From contig JBHGNT010000014.1 in the NCBI GenBank assembly GCA_043228905.1, positions 18,476,001 through 18,540,000 on the forward strand: DNA of 64,000 nucleotides, written 5' to 3'. A program made the position numbers and the translations under genes. Below are positions 49,001-59,614 of the stretch, piece after piece. The notes under the pieces were generated by a model, which saw only the letters and a list, made by a program, of their open reading frames with translations, was not told the origin of the DNA and ran no database searches. The DNA comes from Azolla caroliniana. Lineage: Eukaryota > Plantae > Polypodiophyta. Each line of letters begins with the position of its first letter. The stretch's first letter is position 1.

Positions 49001-51580
49001 CCCTCTCCATTATGGTCCGGTTCATCCTCTCGGCCAGCCCGTTCAGTTCCGGCGTCTTCGGCACAGTAAACTCGAGCCGGATTCCCTTCGAGCGACAGTA
49101 CTCCTGGAACTGCCCCCGGTATTCCCCTCCGTTATCCGCTCGTATCGCTTTCAGCTTCTTGCCGGATTCCCTTTCCACTCTCGCGTGGAGTTCTTTGAAG
49201 ACGTACAACACTTGGTCCTTTGTCTTCAACGGTGCCGTCCACAGCTTCCGGCTGTGGTCATCAATGAATGTCACGAAGTACTGGGCTCCGCCATGTGACT
49301 TCGTTTCTACCTGACACACATCAGTGTGCACCAACTCCAATGGTGCGCTGCGTCTCGTCGGTGGCCTTGAGTGGAAGGAGGCTCGGTTCTGCTTACCGGC
49401 CAGGCAATCGGTGCACTTCTCCAGATGCACATGCTTCACTGGAATAAGGTTGTCTTCTGCAAGCCTCTTCATCCCCTTCTCACTCATGTGGCACAGTCTC
49501 TTGTGCCACAGCTCACCGGCAGTGTCGGCTGCCACGTTCAGCTCCTCCGGACATAGCCGGGAATTCATCAGGTACAGTGTGTTGATCTTCCGGGCCCGAG
49601 CCACTATCAGGCTCCCTTTGCTGAACTTCATGACACCGTTCCGGATGCTACCCGTGTAGCCTTCATCATCTAGCCTCCCGGCTGAGATCAGATTCAATCG
49701 AACCTCCGGAACGTGTCGTACATCTTTCAGCAGCATCTTGCATCCGGTTGATGTCATCAGCCACACGTCTCCTATGCCGGCAATCCGGCATGTACCTTCA
49801 TTTCCCATCCGGACACAGCCGTGCTCACCGGCTGTGTAGGATGAGAAGTATTTCTTCTCCGGGGTCAGGTGGAACGACGCTCCGGAATCGACCACCCAGG
49901 TCATCTCTACACCGGCAAGATTCAGCTCCTTCTCTTCGGTAATGAGCATTATCTCTTCTTCACTTGCCGCGAGTGCCGTCGTTCCTTTCCGGTCCTGTCC
50001 TCGCCGATCCGGACCTCTCCGGTCCGTGGCTCCCCGGTATGCACCGTTTCTCTCCGGTGACTTCTTCGAATCGGTGTCGTCGGCTCCGTTATCTTTTCGG
50101 TAATGCCGACAATTCTTACGGAAGTGCCCCGGCTTCCCACAGTGGAAGCATGTGGGTCTTCCTCTTGACTGCGACCGGGTCCCCGACTTCTCCCGTCTTT
50201 GCGGACTCCGGTTCCATTGTCTTCCCCGATCCGATTCGGTAAGCAGCGCCTTCGGGTCGGAAGCCGGTTCTTTATCTCTCCGACGCGCTTCTTCGTTCAA
50301 AATACTTGTCTTTACCGTTTGTAGGGACAAGTTATCTTCCGTGCAGGAGGTGCTGAGAGTCACCACCAAGTTCTCCCAGCTTTCCGGCAATGTACACATC
50401 AGAATGATGGCTTGCATTGCATCCTCCAGCGGGAACTTGATCGCCGCAAGCTGGTTCACGAATCCCATGAACGTGCTTACGTGTTCCACCATACTCTCGC
50501 CGTCCCGGTACTTGAGATTCACAATCTTCCTCATCAGGGAGGTCCGGTTCAACGCATTCTTCCTCTCGTAGAGGCCCGACAGCTTCTTCCACATCTCATA
50601 TGCGTTGGTGTCATTCGCCACATGTTGTAGGACGCTTACATCGACATATTGTCGGATCGTCGCTACGGCTTTCCGGTTCAGGAGCTTCCACTCCGACTCA
50701 AGTACTCCCTTCGGTATTTCCGACCTGTCAATCGGTTCGTACAGGTCCCGAACAATCAGAAGATCCTCCATCTTGATCTTCCAGTCGGCGTAATTCTGTG
50801 CATTCAGCACCATCATTCCCGGCTGCCCGCTGCCGCCGCCTTCCATTTTCTGCAGCAGTTCGCTCTGATACCAGTTTGTCGGGAATCCACTCTTCGATTC
50901 ACCTTCTTCTTCCCGGCCACAACTCAGTAATCGCAATTCAATGCAGCAGAAAATAGGAAATACAGAGAGAGAGACACGATACACTGGGATTAACGTGGAA
51001 AACCCTAAATGGGAAAAAAACCACGGGAGTCCTCAAACTCCAACTATCACTATGAACAGGAATGTACACTGGTGAAGCTACAAGGCAACGACCTTGAGCT
51101 CACTGTCTTCGCCACAGGCGGCGGTAATACACAGAGGCAACGACCTCTTCGTCTTTCTCTCTCTCTCTCTCTCTCTCGGCTGCTCGCTTCACTCTCTCTG
51201 TGTGGAAAACAGAAAATTAAGCGACAACAACAAACTGTTTGCCCTAAGTCATATTTATACACATATGACTTTCGGGCTATTTACAAATATAACCTCAAGG
51301 GCTCTTGGCAAACATATTCACAAATATGTCCCCGCATCCGGATCTCTCTCCGGGTACACTCATCATCCGGCTCCGTAGCCGGGGTCTTCATCATCCGGCT
51401 CCGTAGCCGGGTCTTCGTCATCCGGCTCCGTAACCGGGTCTTCGTCATCCGGCTCCGTAACCGGGGTCTCTTCATCCGGCTTCATGCCGGGTACTCTTCA
51501 TCATCCGGTTCCGTAATCGGAACCGGGCTTGCCGTCATTCATCTCCGGACATCCCATCCGGAGGGACCGAAATCCCAACA
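46059..51580 (-). mobile_element. Copia H, intact Tork/Tnt1-like element, TSD GGAAG
   Basis: 704-bp LTRs 50877-51580 and 46059-46762 with about 5 visible mismatches; Met PBS rc 50862-50873; PPT; GGAAG at 46054-46058 and 51581-51585. Confidence 0.98.
46773..50846 (-). CDS. Intact Copia gag-pol polyprotein (1357 aa from the first ATG after the PBS)
   Basis: Uninterrupted ORF with CFHCGKPGHFRKNC, VDSGASFH, HTDVC, ADNGGEY, YVDD, FTDSD, HSRTKHI. Confidence 0.95.
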   Translation of the reverse strand: MEGGGSGQPGMMVLNAQNYADWKIKMEDLLIVRDLYEPIDRSEIPKGVLESEWKLLNRKAVATIRQYVDVSVLQHVANDTNAYEMWKKLSGLYERKNALNRTSLMRKIVNLKYRDGESMVEHVSTFMGFVNQLAAIKFPLEDAMQAIILMCTLPESWENLVVTLSTSCTEDNLSLQTVKTSILNEEARRRDKEPASDPKALLTESDRGRQWNRSPQRREKSGTRSQSRGRPTCFHCGKPGHFRKNCRHYRKDNGADDTDSKKSPERNGAYRGATDRRGPDRRGQDRKGTTALAASEEEIMLITEEKELNLAGVEMTWVVDSGASFHLTPEKKYFSSYTAGEHGCVRMGNEGTCRIAGIGDVWLMTSTGCKMLLKDVRHVPEVRLNLISAGRLDDEGYTGSIRNGVMKFSKGSLIVARARKINTLYLMNSRLCPEELNVAADTAGELWHKRLCHMSEKGMKRLAEDNLIPVKHVHLEKCTDCLAGKQNRASFHSRPPTRRSAPLELVHTDVCQVETKSHGGAQYFVTFIDDHSRKLWTAPLKTKDQVLYVFKELHARVERESGKKLKAIRADNGGEYRGQFQEYCRSKGIRLEFTVPKTPELNGLAERMNRTIMERVRSMLAHAKLPKGFWAEAMSTATYVINRSPSVPLDGDTPQRVWTGREVSYRHLKVFGCLAYVHVAKDRRGKLDPKTRPCIFLGYGDDEFGYRVWDPVDKKIFRSRDIIFMEDKTLADWESEKKMKSSKSTGEDQLYKEQSRPARDRLALEDPAEDGEETEPAEEDENDTGTGPDPEMDSDEEESEEPVTEAPERRYPLRERRAPRRFPEPEHVLLTDEGEPENFEEAELDTHSRRWLSAMQEEMNSLHENHTYELVELPKGKRALRNKWVFKLKPGDAGNPPRYKARIVVKGFQQKKGVDFDEIFAPVVKMTSIRTVLSIAASMDLEVEQMDVKTAFLHGDLEEEIYMQQPEGFEKKGKEHLVCRLKKSLYGLKQAPRQWYRKFDSFMTDEGYHKTQTDHCVFVKKFEGGDFLILLLYVDDMLIVGRDQGKIRMLKKALHRTFSMKDLGPARQILGMHIIRDRKKKQLWLSQEKYVTKVLHRFNMSEARPVGSTLPANCKLSRKQSPKTKAEKEDMMKVPYASAVGSLMYAMVCTRPDIGYAVGVVSRYMSNPGKEHWNAVKWILRYLKGTANVCLRFGSGKPELDGFTDSDMSADADTSRSTSGYVMTYAGGAVSWQSRLQKTVALSTTEAEYMAAVEAGKEIIWMKDFIRELGILQEEYRLYCDSQSAIHLAKNAAYHSRTKHIQRRYHWIRERIEDQEFVLTKIHTDENGSDMLTKVLTPDKLEACRKRIGLERHPMPK

Positions 51581-52202
51581 GGAAGTGCTCGGGATCGCTA
51601 AGAAGGAGTTCCACGACTCCATCGTAGACTTGGTAAAGAGGAAGAGGCTGTCGACGGAGACAGAACCGGAGAAGGCGGTGGAGGTGCGGACGACGCACAT
51701 AGAGGACATGGCGCTGGAAGACGAGTTGGCGGAGAGCCACTATTTGAGGCCGCACTGGGCCAGAGCGACCACGGAGACCCCCGTGAAGATCGGAGATGTT
51801 CACGAACCGGTGGTGGCATTGGTGGACCACGGTTCAGAAAATCAACTTGATGTCCATGGACTTCTATAAGAAGGGGAAATGGCCGATCAACACCAAGCAC
51901 GGGTGGAAGATACGGGCAGCAACGCGTGCCACCGAAGAACTGCATGGAGCATGCCCAAATGTACGAGTAAAGATCGGCGATGTCGAGATTGACTAGCACT
52001 TCTTCGTGCAGGAGACGTCCTCACATCCGGTTATACTAGGAGAACCGTACATCACGGCAACACGGATGGAGACCAAGGTGTTGGACAACGGCTCGGCCTA
52101 TGCAAGGGTCAAGAGCCAGGATGGGCGTCACTCGGTCCAGTTCCTGACGGTGAGACCGAACCATGAGCAGAACCGCCAGACCCTCGAGGGCGAAAGCCGA
52201 GA

Positions 52203-55200
52203 GGATTTTTAGAGAGGGCTATCAAGGCATGGGGCCACGATAGTCCGGACACTCCGAGAAAACCCCACAAGTGTACGATAGCGAAGAAGACCTATACTAT
52301 AAGTAGGAAATTTTGGTTCTCCGACAACGGAGGGTGTACGGTAGTCGACGTTGTTGGCCGGAAGAAGAAAAGGCCGGAGGAGCGACTTCGGGCATGTGGT
52401 ATCCTCGGCCTTGGAGTGGAAATCAACGGAGCCGTGGAGGCGGTCTCTTTCGACGATACCTTGGGGGAGCTGCGAGAGGTAGTCGGAGGAGTCCTTAAAG
52501 AGGACCGGACGATTCCGGTATGTTCGGAAAGGATGTACGAAGTCATCGCGGACTTCAGTAGAGGGCTCGAGTCGGATCGAACGGCCCGGGTGGACGCGAG
52601 GTACAACACTGTGGACCGGAAGGTGAGGCCAGTCGCGGCTCGCTTGCCGAAGGGCAGCGAGTTGCGAATAAAGGGGGTTGCGTCGGACCCGAGTTTACGA
52701 AATCCGGCCCGCATAGGACACACGTTCACCGAAATAACGCTGCACGAGCTCAAAATCGGTGGGGGCGGCTTCCTACTGCTGGCGGAAGAGGACCGTTTTC
52801 GGGGAATGCTCGGAAAGCACGAGAAGGCTTTCGCATTCTCACCGGAGGAAATCGGGTGCGTAGACCCAACAGTCGTGGAACCGATGGTGATATTCACGGT
52901 ACCGCATGTGCCGTGGAGTCTCAAACCGATTCCAGTACCCAGAGCTCACATCCCAAAGCTGATGGAGCTGTTAAAGCAGAAGGTCGAGATGGGAATCCTC
53001 GAACCGTCGAGTGCCCCATACTCGAATCAGTGGTTTACCGTGCCGAAGAAGGATGGCACGTTGCGCTTTATTCAAGTCCTGCAGCCGGTCAACAAGGTGA
53101 CCATTCGAAACGCAGGAATCGGACCGACAATAGACAAGTTCACGGAGGCCTTCACCGGAAGGTCGATTTACTCGGTCGGTGATCTCTACTCGGGGTACAA
53201 TCAGTTCCAGCTAGCCGTAGAGAGCAGAGACATCACGACAATGTGAACTCCTCTCGGCCTAGTACAGATGTGTAACTTACCACAAGGAGGGACGAACTCG
53301 GTGGCTCACATGGTGAACGCAATGAACAAGGTGCTGAGGGATTGTATCCCGGACATCACCATGCCGTTTCTAGACGACGTCCCGATCAAGGGATGCTCGG
53401 TGGAGGAAAGGGACGAGACGATCGGACCGGACCGGTGCCGGAAATTCGTGGCGACGCACATCGATGACTGCGAGAAGGTGTTGCAGAGGTTGGAGGGCGC
53501 GAGGCTCACCTTCTCCGGGGGAAAATCGGCCTTCGGGCAATCAGAGATCATGGTCGTCGGACACCTATGCGAGTCGTACGGCCGGAAACCATCTCCGGCT
53601 AAGGTAGAAGCCATCTCCGCGATGAAGGATGATTGTAGCTCAGTCACGGAGGTTCGGAGGTTCTTGGGAGCGTGCACATTCTACCACATATGGATCCCGC
53701 ATTACGCTCACGTCGCGGAGCCGTTATACAGGTTGCTAAAAAAGGGGCGAAAATTCGAGTGGAGAGACGAGCATACGGAGTCTGTCCGAAAGATGAAGGA
53801 AGCACTTGCCGCAGCTCCGGCGCTCCGAAAGGTTGTCTACGAAAGGGACACTCCAATTTACGTAACGATAGACACGAGTCCGACCGGGATCGGATGGGTC
53901 CTCAACCAAGAGGACGAGGACGGCATGCGTTTCCCGATCCGGTTCGGCGCGAAGGTCCTCAGCGAGCGACAGCGAGGATACGCCCAGGTTAAACGCGAGC
54001 TCTGGGGTATTGTTTCGGCGGTAAAGGTTGATAAAGACTACCTGATCGGGGCAGAGGTAATTATCGAGACGGACTGCCTGCCAATTCTTGGCATGGTTTC
54101 CGGATGCGCGACACCAGACCTGGCAATGCTCAGGTGGATAGCGTACATCAAGTCCCTGAATCCGGAAATACGACACATTTCCGGGAAAGACAATGCCATG
54201 GCCGACATGCTTTCAAGGGCAAGGTTCGAAAATGAGGGCGGCATGGTTTAGGAGGACGAGGAAGTCGGTGTGGAATTCTTCAAGGTGGCTCACGTAACAA
54301 CCGGCAGGGAATGCACTCCAACGCTTAATGATTTCGACGAGAGCAAGTACGACGGGGAGTGGTTGCAGATCAGCAGGTTCCTGAAAACAATGACACCGGA
54401 CGCGGCATGGACAACGGACGAGGCCAACCGGATTCGTAAGAAAGCCTACCGATTCTTTCTCCGGGACGGGTACATATGGAAGCACCCGAGGAAGAGGAAC
54501 GGCATCCCGCTCTGAGTGGTGGCGAAGAAGGAGGAACAGGAGGATTTGCTGGCGGCCTACCACGATAGTCCTTGGGCTGGACACCGTGGAACGTGAGCCA
54601 CGTTCGAAAAGCTAAAAGGGAAGTATTGGTGGCCGGGACTATACCGGGACGTGCATCGGTTCGTGACGACTTGCGAAAGCTGCCAGGTGCACTCCATGAT
54701 CTGACACCGGGATGAGCTTCACCCGACCTACCCTCCGACCGTCCACTTCAAATGGATGGTGGATTTGGTGACGATGCCAATGGGGGTAGGACAGATGCGG
54801 TATCTGGTGCTGGCTCGGGAGGATCTAACAAACCAGGTTGAAGGCCGAGCCCTGCAGAACAAGACGACTGCAGCCGTATGCCGGTTTTGATTGAGGACGT
54901 AGTATGCCGATACGGGTGCTTAAGGAAGATCGTGGCTGACCGTGGTGAGTTGGACGCAGAAGAGGCTGAAGAGCTGTTCGACCGGCTAGGAGTCAAACTT
55001 TCGCTCACCACAGCGTACAATCCGGAGGCGAACGGGAAGGTGGAGCGCGGACACGGGCCAATTGTCAAAGCACTAGTACGGGCATGCAGAGGCCAAGTCG
55101 GGAACTGGCCACGGCTGCTACCTTATGCCTTGTGGGCGGACCGGACTACGCACAGTTCGGTAACCGGGTTCATGCCGGCCGAGCTTATGTTCGGACAGAA

Positions 55201-55663
55201 GCCGATCATGCCAACAGAGCGAACGATCTCCTCGTGGGCCACGGTGGACTGGAGGGATGAGATGAGCCGGGAGGAACTGTTGGCGGCGCGGATTCGACAG
55301 CTCGAGTGGAGGCCGGAGGACGTAGAGCGAGCCGCGGAGAAACTTTGGGTAGCGAGGATAAGGAACAAAGCCCAGTTCAACCGAAGACACCGGCTCTGGC
55401 CAAGGAAGATCGAGGAAGGTGACTGGGTGCTAGTCTACGACAACAGCCTCGACAATCAGCACAGGGCCTTACGTAGTAACAGGCGCCAACGGCAATGGGA
55501 CGTAATATCTCGCGGAGCTCGACGGTACGAGAATGGCGATACCGGTAGCGGGGAAGAGGATCAAAGCGTTCAAGAAACGACACGACGGTGAGCCGGAGCT
55601 AGGGGGTATGGACAGCAACGACGAGCGGCCCGAGGCGGAGGATGAACCAGTAAACGAGGAATA
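52203..55663 (+). pseudogene. G2 pol (RT-RH-INT), -1 frame relative to gag-PR
   Basis: PFLDDVPIKG, IDTSPTG, YNPEANGKVERGH; several stops. Confidence 0.9.
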
Positions 55664-55740
55664 AAAGCAAGGATTGGTTTTCTCCCGTAGGAACCCAATT
55701 GTGGTGCATACCGGTGGATGCACGGTTAGGTGGGGGCGGA

Positions 55741-56425
55741 TGTCGTGAAGAAAACCGTCCCCAGGCGCAAACCGTGTATAGTGTGTGTGAACCGGCCCTT
55801 ACACGTGGGCACGCCCCTTGTTGTATAGTAGATAGGTAGGCACAAAGGTCAAATCCTAGGTAGCAATATTCTATAGGGGAAAATCGAGGAGTATCTCTGT
55901 CCAAAAGGACAGAGAATTAATGTGATGTAAACGGGTGAAACGGCCTCCCTCCTTGAGCTATAAAAGAGAGGGAGACGGGGGAGAGAAGGTATCGCGCGCT
56001 AGAAGGGACGAAGTGCTGTCGGACTGGGACCGAGCTCTTCTCCTCTGCCATTCTCCATAGCTTTCTTTACACAGGTTCTCGAGAGGCTGATTCTGCTCCG
56101 TGGAACGCCCGGGTGCTTCCGGTAGAATCTCCATCTTGCTTCCCTGTGTGCGTGGGTGATCAGGCGTCGACACCCGTCTCGCCGACCTGTTCGGCTGTAA
56201 CCGTTCGAGTTATCTGCATACAGATATTTATATATGCGTTCTTATACTCTATCTCCTGCCCAACTTGTGTCTCTTGTGTTGTTGGACTGCGTTCTCGCGC
56301 GCTTCTTTGTCTATACGTGTGTGAGCGTGTCTCTCTCTCTCTCCTTTCGCTTCCTCACCTATTCCTCGGTCCAAGACCCCAATGGTCCCACCTCGTTCTC
56401 CATGCACGCGCGTAGCAACGCGACA
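55741..56425 (+). repeat. G2 3' LTR (685 bp)
   Basis: Matches the split 5' LTR. Confidence 0.95.
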
Positions 56426-56429
56426 ACGT

Positions 56430-57901
56430 ATGAATTGGTGGAGTTGCCGAAAGGAAAGAGGGCACTCTGAAACAAGTGGGTGTACAAGTTGAAACGGGGA
56501 GATGTCGGCAACCCCCCGAGATACAAAGCCAGGATCGTGGTCAAGGGGTTCCAGTAGAAGAAGGGTGTGGACTTCGACGAGATATTTGCCCCGGTAGTAA
56601 AGATGACCTCCATCCGGACGGTGCTGAGTATAGCGGCAAGCATGGACCTCGAGGTAGAGCAGCTGGACGTGAAGACGACATTCCTTCACGGTGACCTCGA
56701 AGAGGAGATCTACATGCAGCAACCGGAAGGATTCGTGGAGAAAGGGAAGGAGCGCCTGGTTTGCCAGTTGAAGAAGAGCCTGTACGGACTGAAGCAGGCT
56801 CCCCGACAATGGTACCGGAAGTTCGACTCCTTCATGACCGATCAAGGGTACCACAAGACACATGCTGATCACTGCATGTTTGTGAAGAAGTTCGAAGGAG
56901 GCGACTTCCTGATACTCCTTCTGTACGTGGACGACATGTTGATCGCCGGACGGGACCAAGCCAAAATACGGATGCTGAAGAAGGCTCTCAACCGAACTTT
57001 CGCAATGAAAGACTTGGGTCCGGCAAGATAGATGTTGGGGATGCATATCATCCGGAACTGGCCAACAAAGCAATTGTGGCTGTCACAAGAGAAATACGTG
57101 ACAAAGGTGCTTCAGCGGTTCAACATGTTAGAAGCAAAACTGGTCGGATCGACACTCCCGGCAAACTGCAGATTATCCGGTAAGCAAAGCCCGCAAACGA
57201 AAGCAGAGAAGGCTGATATGATGAAGGTTCCATATGCCTCTGCCGTCGGGAGCTTGATGTACGCAATGGTGTGTACCCGACCGGATATATGATACGCAAT
57301 CGGAGTGGGGAGCCGGTTTATGAGCAATCCCGGCAAGGAGCACTAAAATGTGGTCAAATGGATACTCTGGTACTTGAAGGGCACTTCGAACATGTGTCTC
57401 CGATTCGGCTCCGGTAAACCTCAACTTGACGGTTTTACCGATTCGGACATGTCGGCTGATGTGGATACCAGCCGGTCTACATCCGGGTATGTAATGACAT
57501 ATGCAACGGGAGCTGTTTCGTGGCAGTCGAGGCTGCAGAAGACAGTTGCGTTGTCAAGCACAAAAGCGGAGTGCATGGCAGTTGTGGAAGCCGGCAAGGA
57601 AATACTATGGATGAAGGACTTCATTGGAGAGCTCAGTATCCGGCAAGATGAATACCGGCTCTATTGCGACAGTCAAAGTGCCATCCACCTTGCTAAGAAC
57701 GCAACGTACCACTCCAGGACAAAGCACATCCAGCGTAGGTATCACTGGATCCGGGAGCGAGTAGAAGATCGAGAGTTCGTGCTGACGAAGATCCACACGG
57801 CCGAGAACGGGTCAGATATGCTGACCAAAGTACTGATACCCGACAAGTTGGATGCATGTCGGAAGCGGATCGGACTAGTAAGACATCCCATGCCGGAGTG
57901 A
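56430..57901 (+). pseudogene. Copia RT-RH of the chimeric D/E element
   Basis: DFDEIFAPVVK, YVDD, HSRTKHI...RHPMPE. Confidence 0.92.
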
Positions 57902-57911
57902 AGGGGGAGTT

Positions 57912-59545
57912 TGTTAGGAAACAGGTCCCTCCGGATGGGAAATGAGAAGAGCAGTGTTGATGAGAAACTCGGCCAACGCCGAATCCGGATGAGGAGTACC
58001 CAGCTACGGAAGACCCGGTGAGAACCGGATGAGGAGTACCCAGCAAGAGCTGGATGGTGAAGGCCCGGTGAGAAGTGCTCACCGGATGAAGGGACATATT
58101 CGTAAATATATTTCCTGAGAGGCCATCGGGGCTATATTTGTAAATAGCCGAAAAGTCATATTAGTATAAATATGACTTAGGGCAAACTTAGGACATAGTA
58201 GTTGTCATTCTTGTTGGTGCAAGACTGTAGAGCACGTAACAATGTACAGAGATGACGGGAACTAAACGCTCCCTATGCGCAACGCTCGGCCACAACCGAG
58301 CTTAGAATCATACACAGAAAAACGGGTAATGAATACACAACACAAAGACGAGAAGAGTACACAGGATGTTTACGTGGAAAACCCAAAACTAGGGGAAAAA
58401 CCACGGCAGCCCACTAGCTGCAAACTATCACTATGTTAGAATGTACAACAGTGAGTTCACGGAGGCAACGACCTTGTGCTCACGATCTTCGCCACAGGCG
58501 GCGGTTACAACAGAGGCAACGACCTCTTTCTCTCTCTCTCTCTCACTCTGTACACGGTTACGCGTTGTGATCTTACACGCCAACAAGAATGACAACACAC
58601 CTACATCACACTCAATAAGTTTGCCCTAAGTCATATTTATACTAATATGACTTTTCGGCTATTTACAAATATAGCCTCGATGGACTCTCAGAAACATATT
58701 TACAAATATGTCTCTCCATCCGGTGAGCACTCCTCACAGGGTCTGCACCATCCGGCTCTCCGTAGCCGAGTACTCCTCATCCGGTTCTCACCGAGTCTGC
58801 ACCATCCGACTCTCCGAAGCCGGGTACTCCTCATCCGGTTCTCACCGGATCTGCACCATCCGGCTCTCCGTAGCCGGGTACTCCTCATCCGGTTCTCACC
58901 GGGTCTGCACCATCCGGCTCTCCGAAGCCGGGTACTCCTCATCAGCACTATTCTTCTCCCTTCCCATCCGGAGGGACCTGTCTCCCAACAATCCGGATGA
59001 GGAGTACCCGGCTACGGAAGACCCGGTGAGAACCGGATGAGGAGTACCCAGCAAGAGCCGGATGGTGAAGGCCCGGTGAGAGGTGCTCACCAGATGAAGG
59101 GACATATTCGTAAATATGTTTCCTGAGAGGCCATCGGGGCTATATTTGTAAATAGCCGAAAAGTCATATTAGTATAAATATGACTTAGGGCAAACTTAGT
59201 ACATAGTAGTTGTCATTCTTGTTGGTGCAAGACTGTAGAGTACGTAACAGTGTACAGAGAGAGAGAGTGAGAGGAAGAGGTCGTTGCCTCTGTTGTAACT
59301 GCCGCCTATGACGAAGATAGCAAGCTTGAAGTCGTTGCCTCGGTGCTTTACTATTGTACATTCTGATATAGTGATAGCTTGCAGTATGTGGGTTGCCGTG
59401 GTTTTTCCCTAGTTTGGGTTTTCCACGTTAACATCCTATGTACTCTTCTCTTCACCGTGTTGTGCGTTCATTATCTGTTTTCTGTGTTTGATTTTAGACT
59501 CGGTTGTGGCCAAGTGTTGTGCTAAGGGAGCGTGCATTCCTATCA
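57912..59545 (+). repeat. E 3' LTR, interrupted by a solo LTR and a 270-bp duplication
   Basis: TGTTAGG at 57912 after the PPT; ends CCTATCA at 59545; followed by TCTCT. Confidence 0.9.
58253..58990 (-). repeat. Solo LTR, D-related subfamily (738 bp)
   Basis: Termini match D LTRs; about four 54-bp units; no adjacent PBS or PPT. Confidence 0.9.
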
Positions 59546-59614
59546 TCTCTCTCTCTCTATGTTGTTATCCGGCAAAGCCGGTTTGTCTGACGCTTCCGCA
59601 CATAATCTTTTACA
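59546..59614 (+). repeat. Remainder of Copia B 3' LTR
   Basis: Matches 14465-14533 (...CGCTTCCGCACATAATCTTTTACA). Confidence 0.9.

Larger units (their letters stand above)
44631..52212 (+). pseudogene. G2 gag-protease (starts at 39159; interrupted by A' and H)
   Basis: GRFSGKDATSYL, CMWCDAVGHIRKVC, LVDHGSE; ends GAG GAT TTT TAG. Confidence 0.85.
32075..56425 (+). mobile_element. Gypsy G2, full length, TSD ACGT; hosts G1, A' and H
   Basis: 5' LTR 32075-32496 + 38868-39115; PBS 39120-39137; PPT GGTGGGGGCGGA ending 55740; 3' LTR 55741-56425; ACGT at 32071-32074 and 56426-56429. Confidence 0.94.
28638..59545 (+). mobile_element. Chimeric Tork/Tnt1-like Copia: D 5' LTR + internal region + E 3' LTR; hosts the G2 nest and a solo LTR
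   Basis: LTR 28638-29472; PBS 29475-29486; coding 29502-32074 resumes at 56430 (HENHT|YELVELPKG); PPT then LTR from 57912. Confidence 0.9.

Noticed and set aside
50847-50984. 46-aa N-terminal extension of the H polyprotein
   Set aside because: It runs through the LTR and PBS (WYQS is the PBS); the ATG at 50846 is the likelier start.
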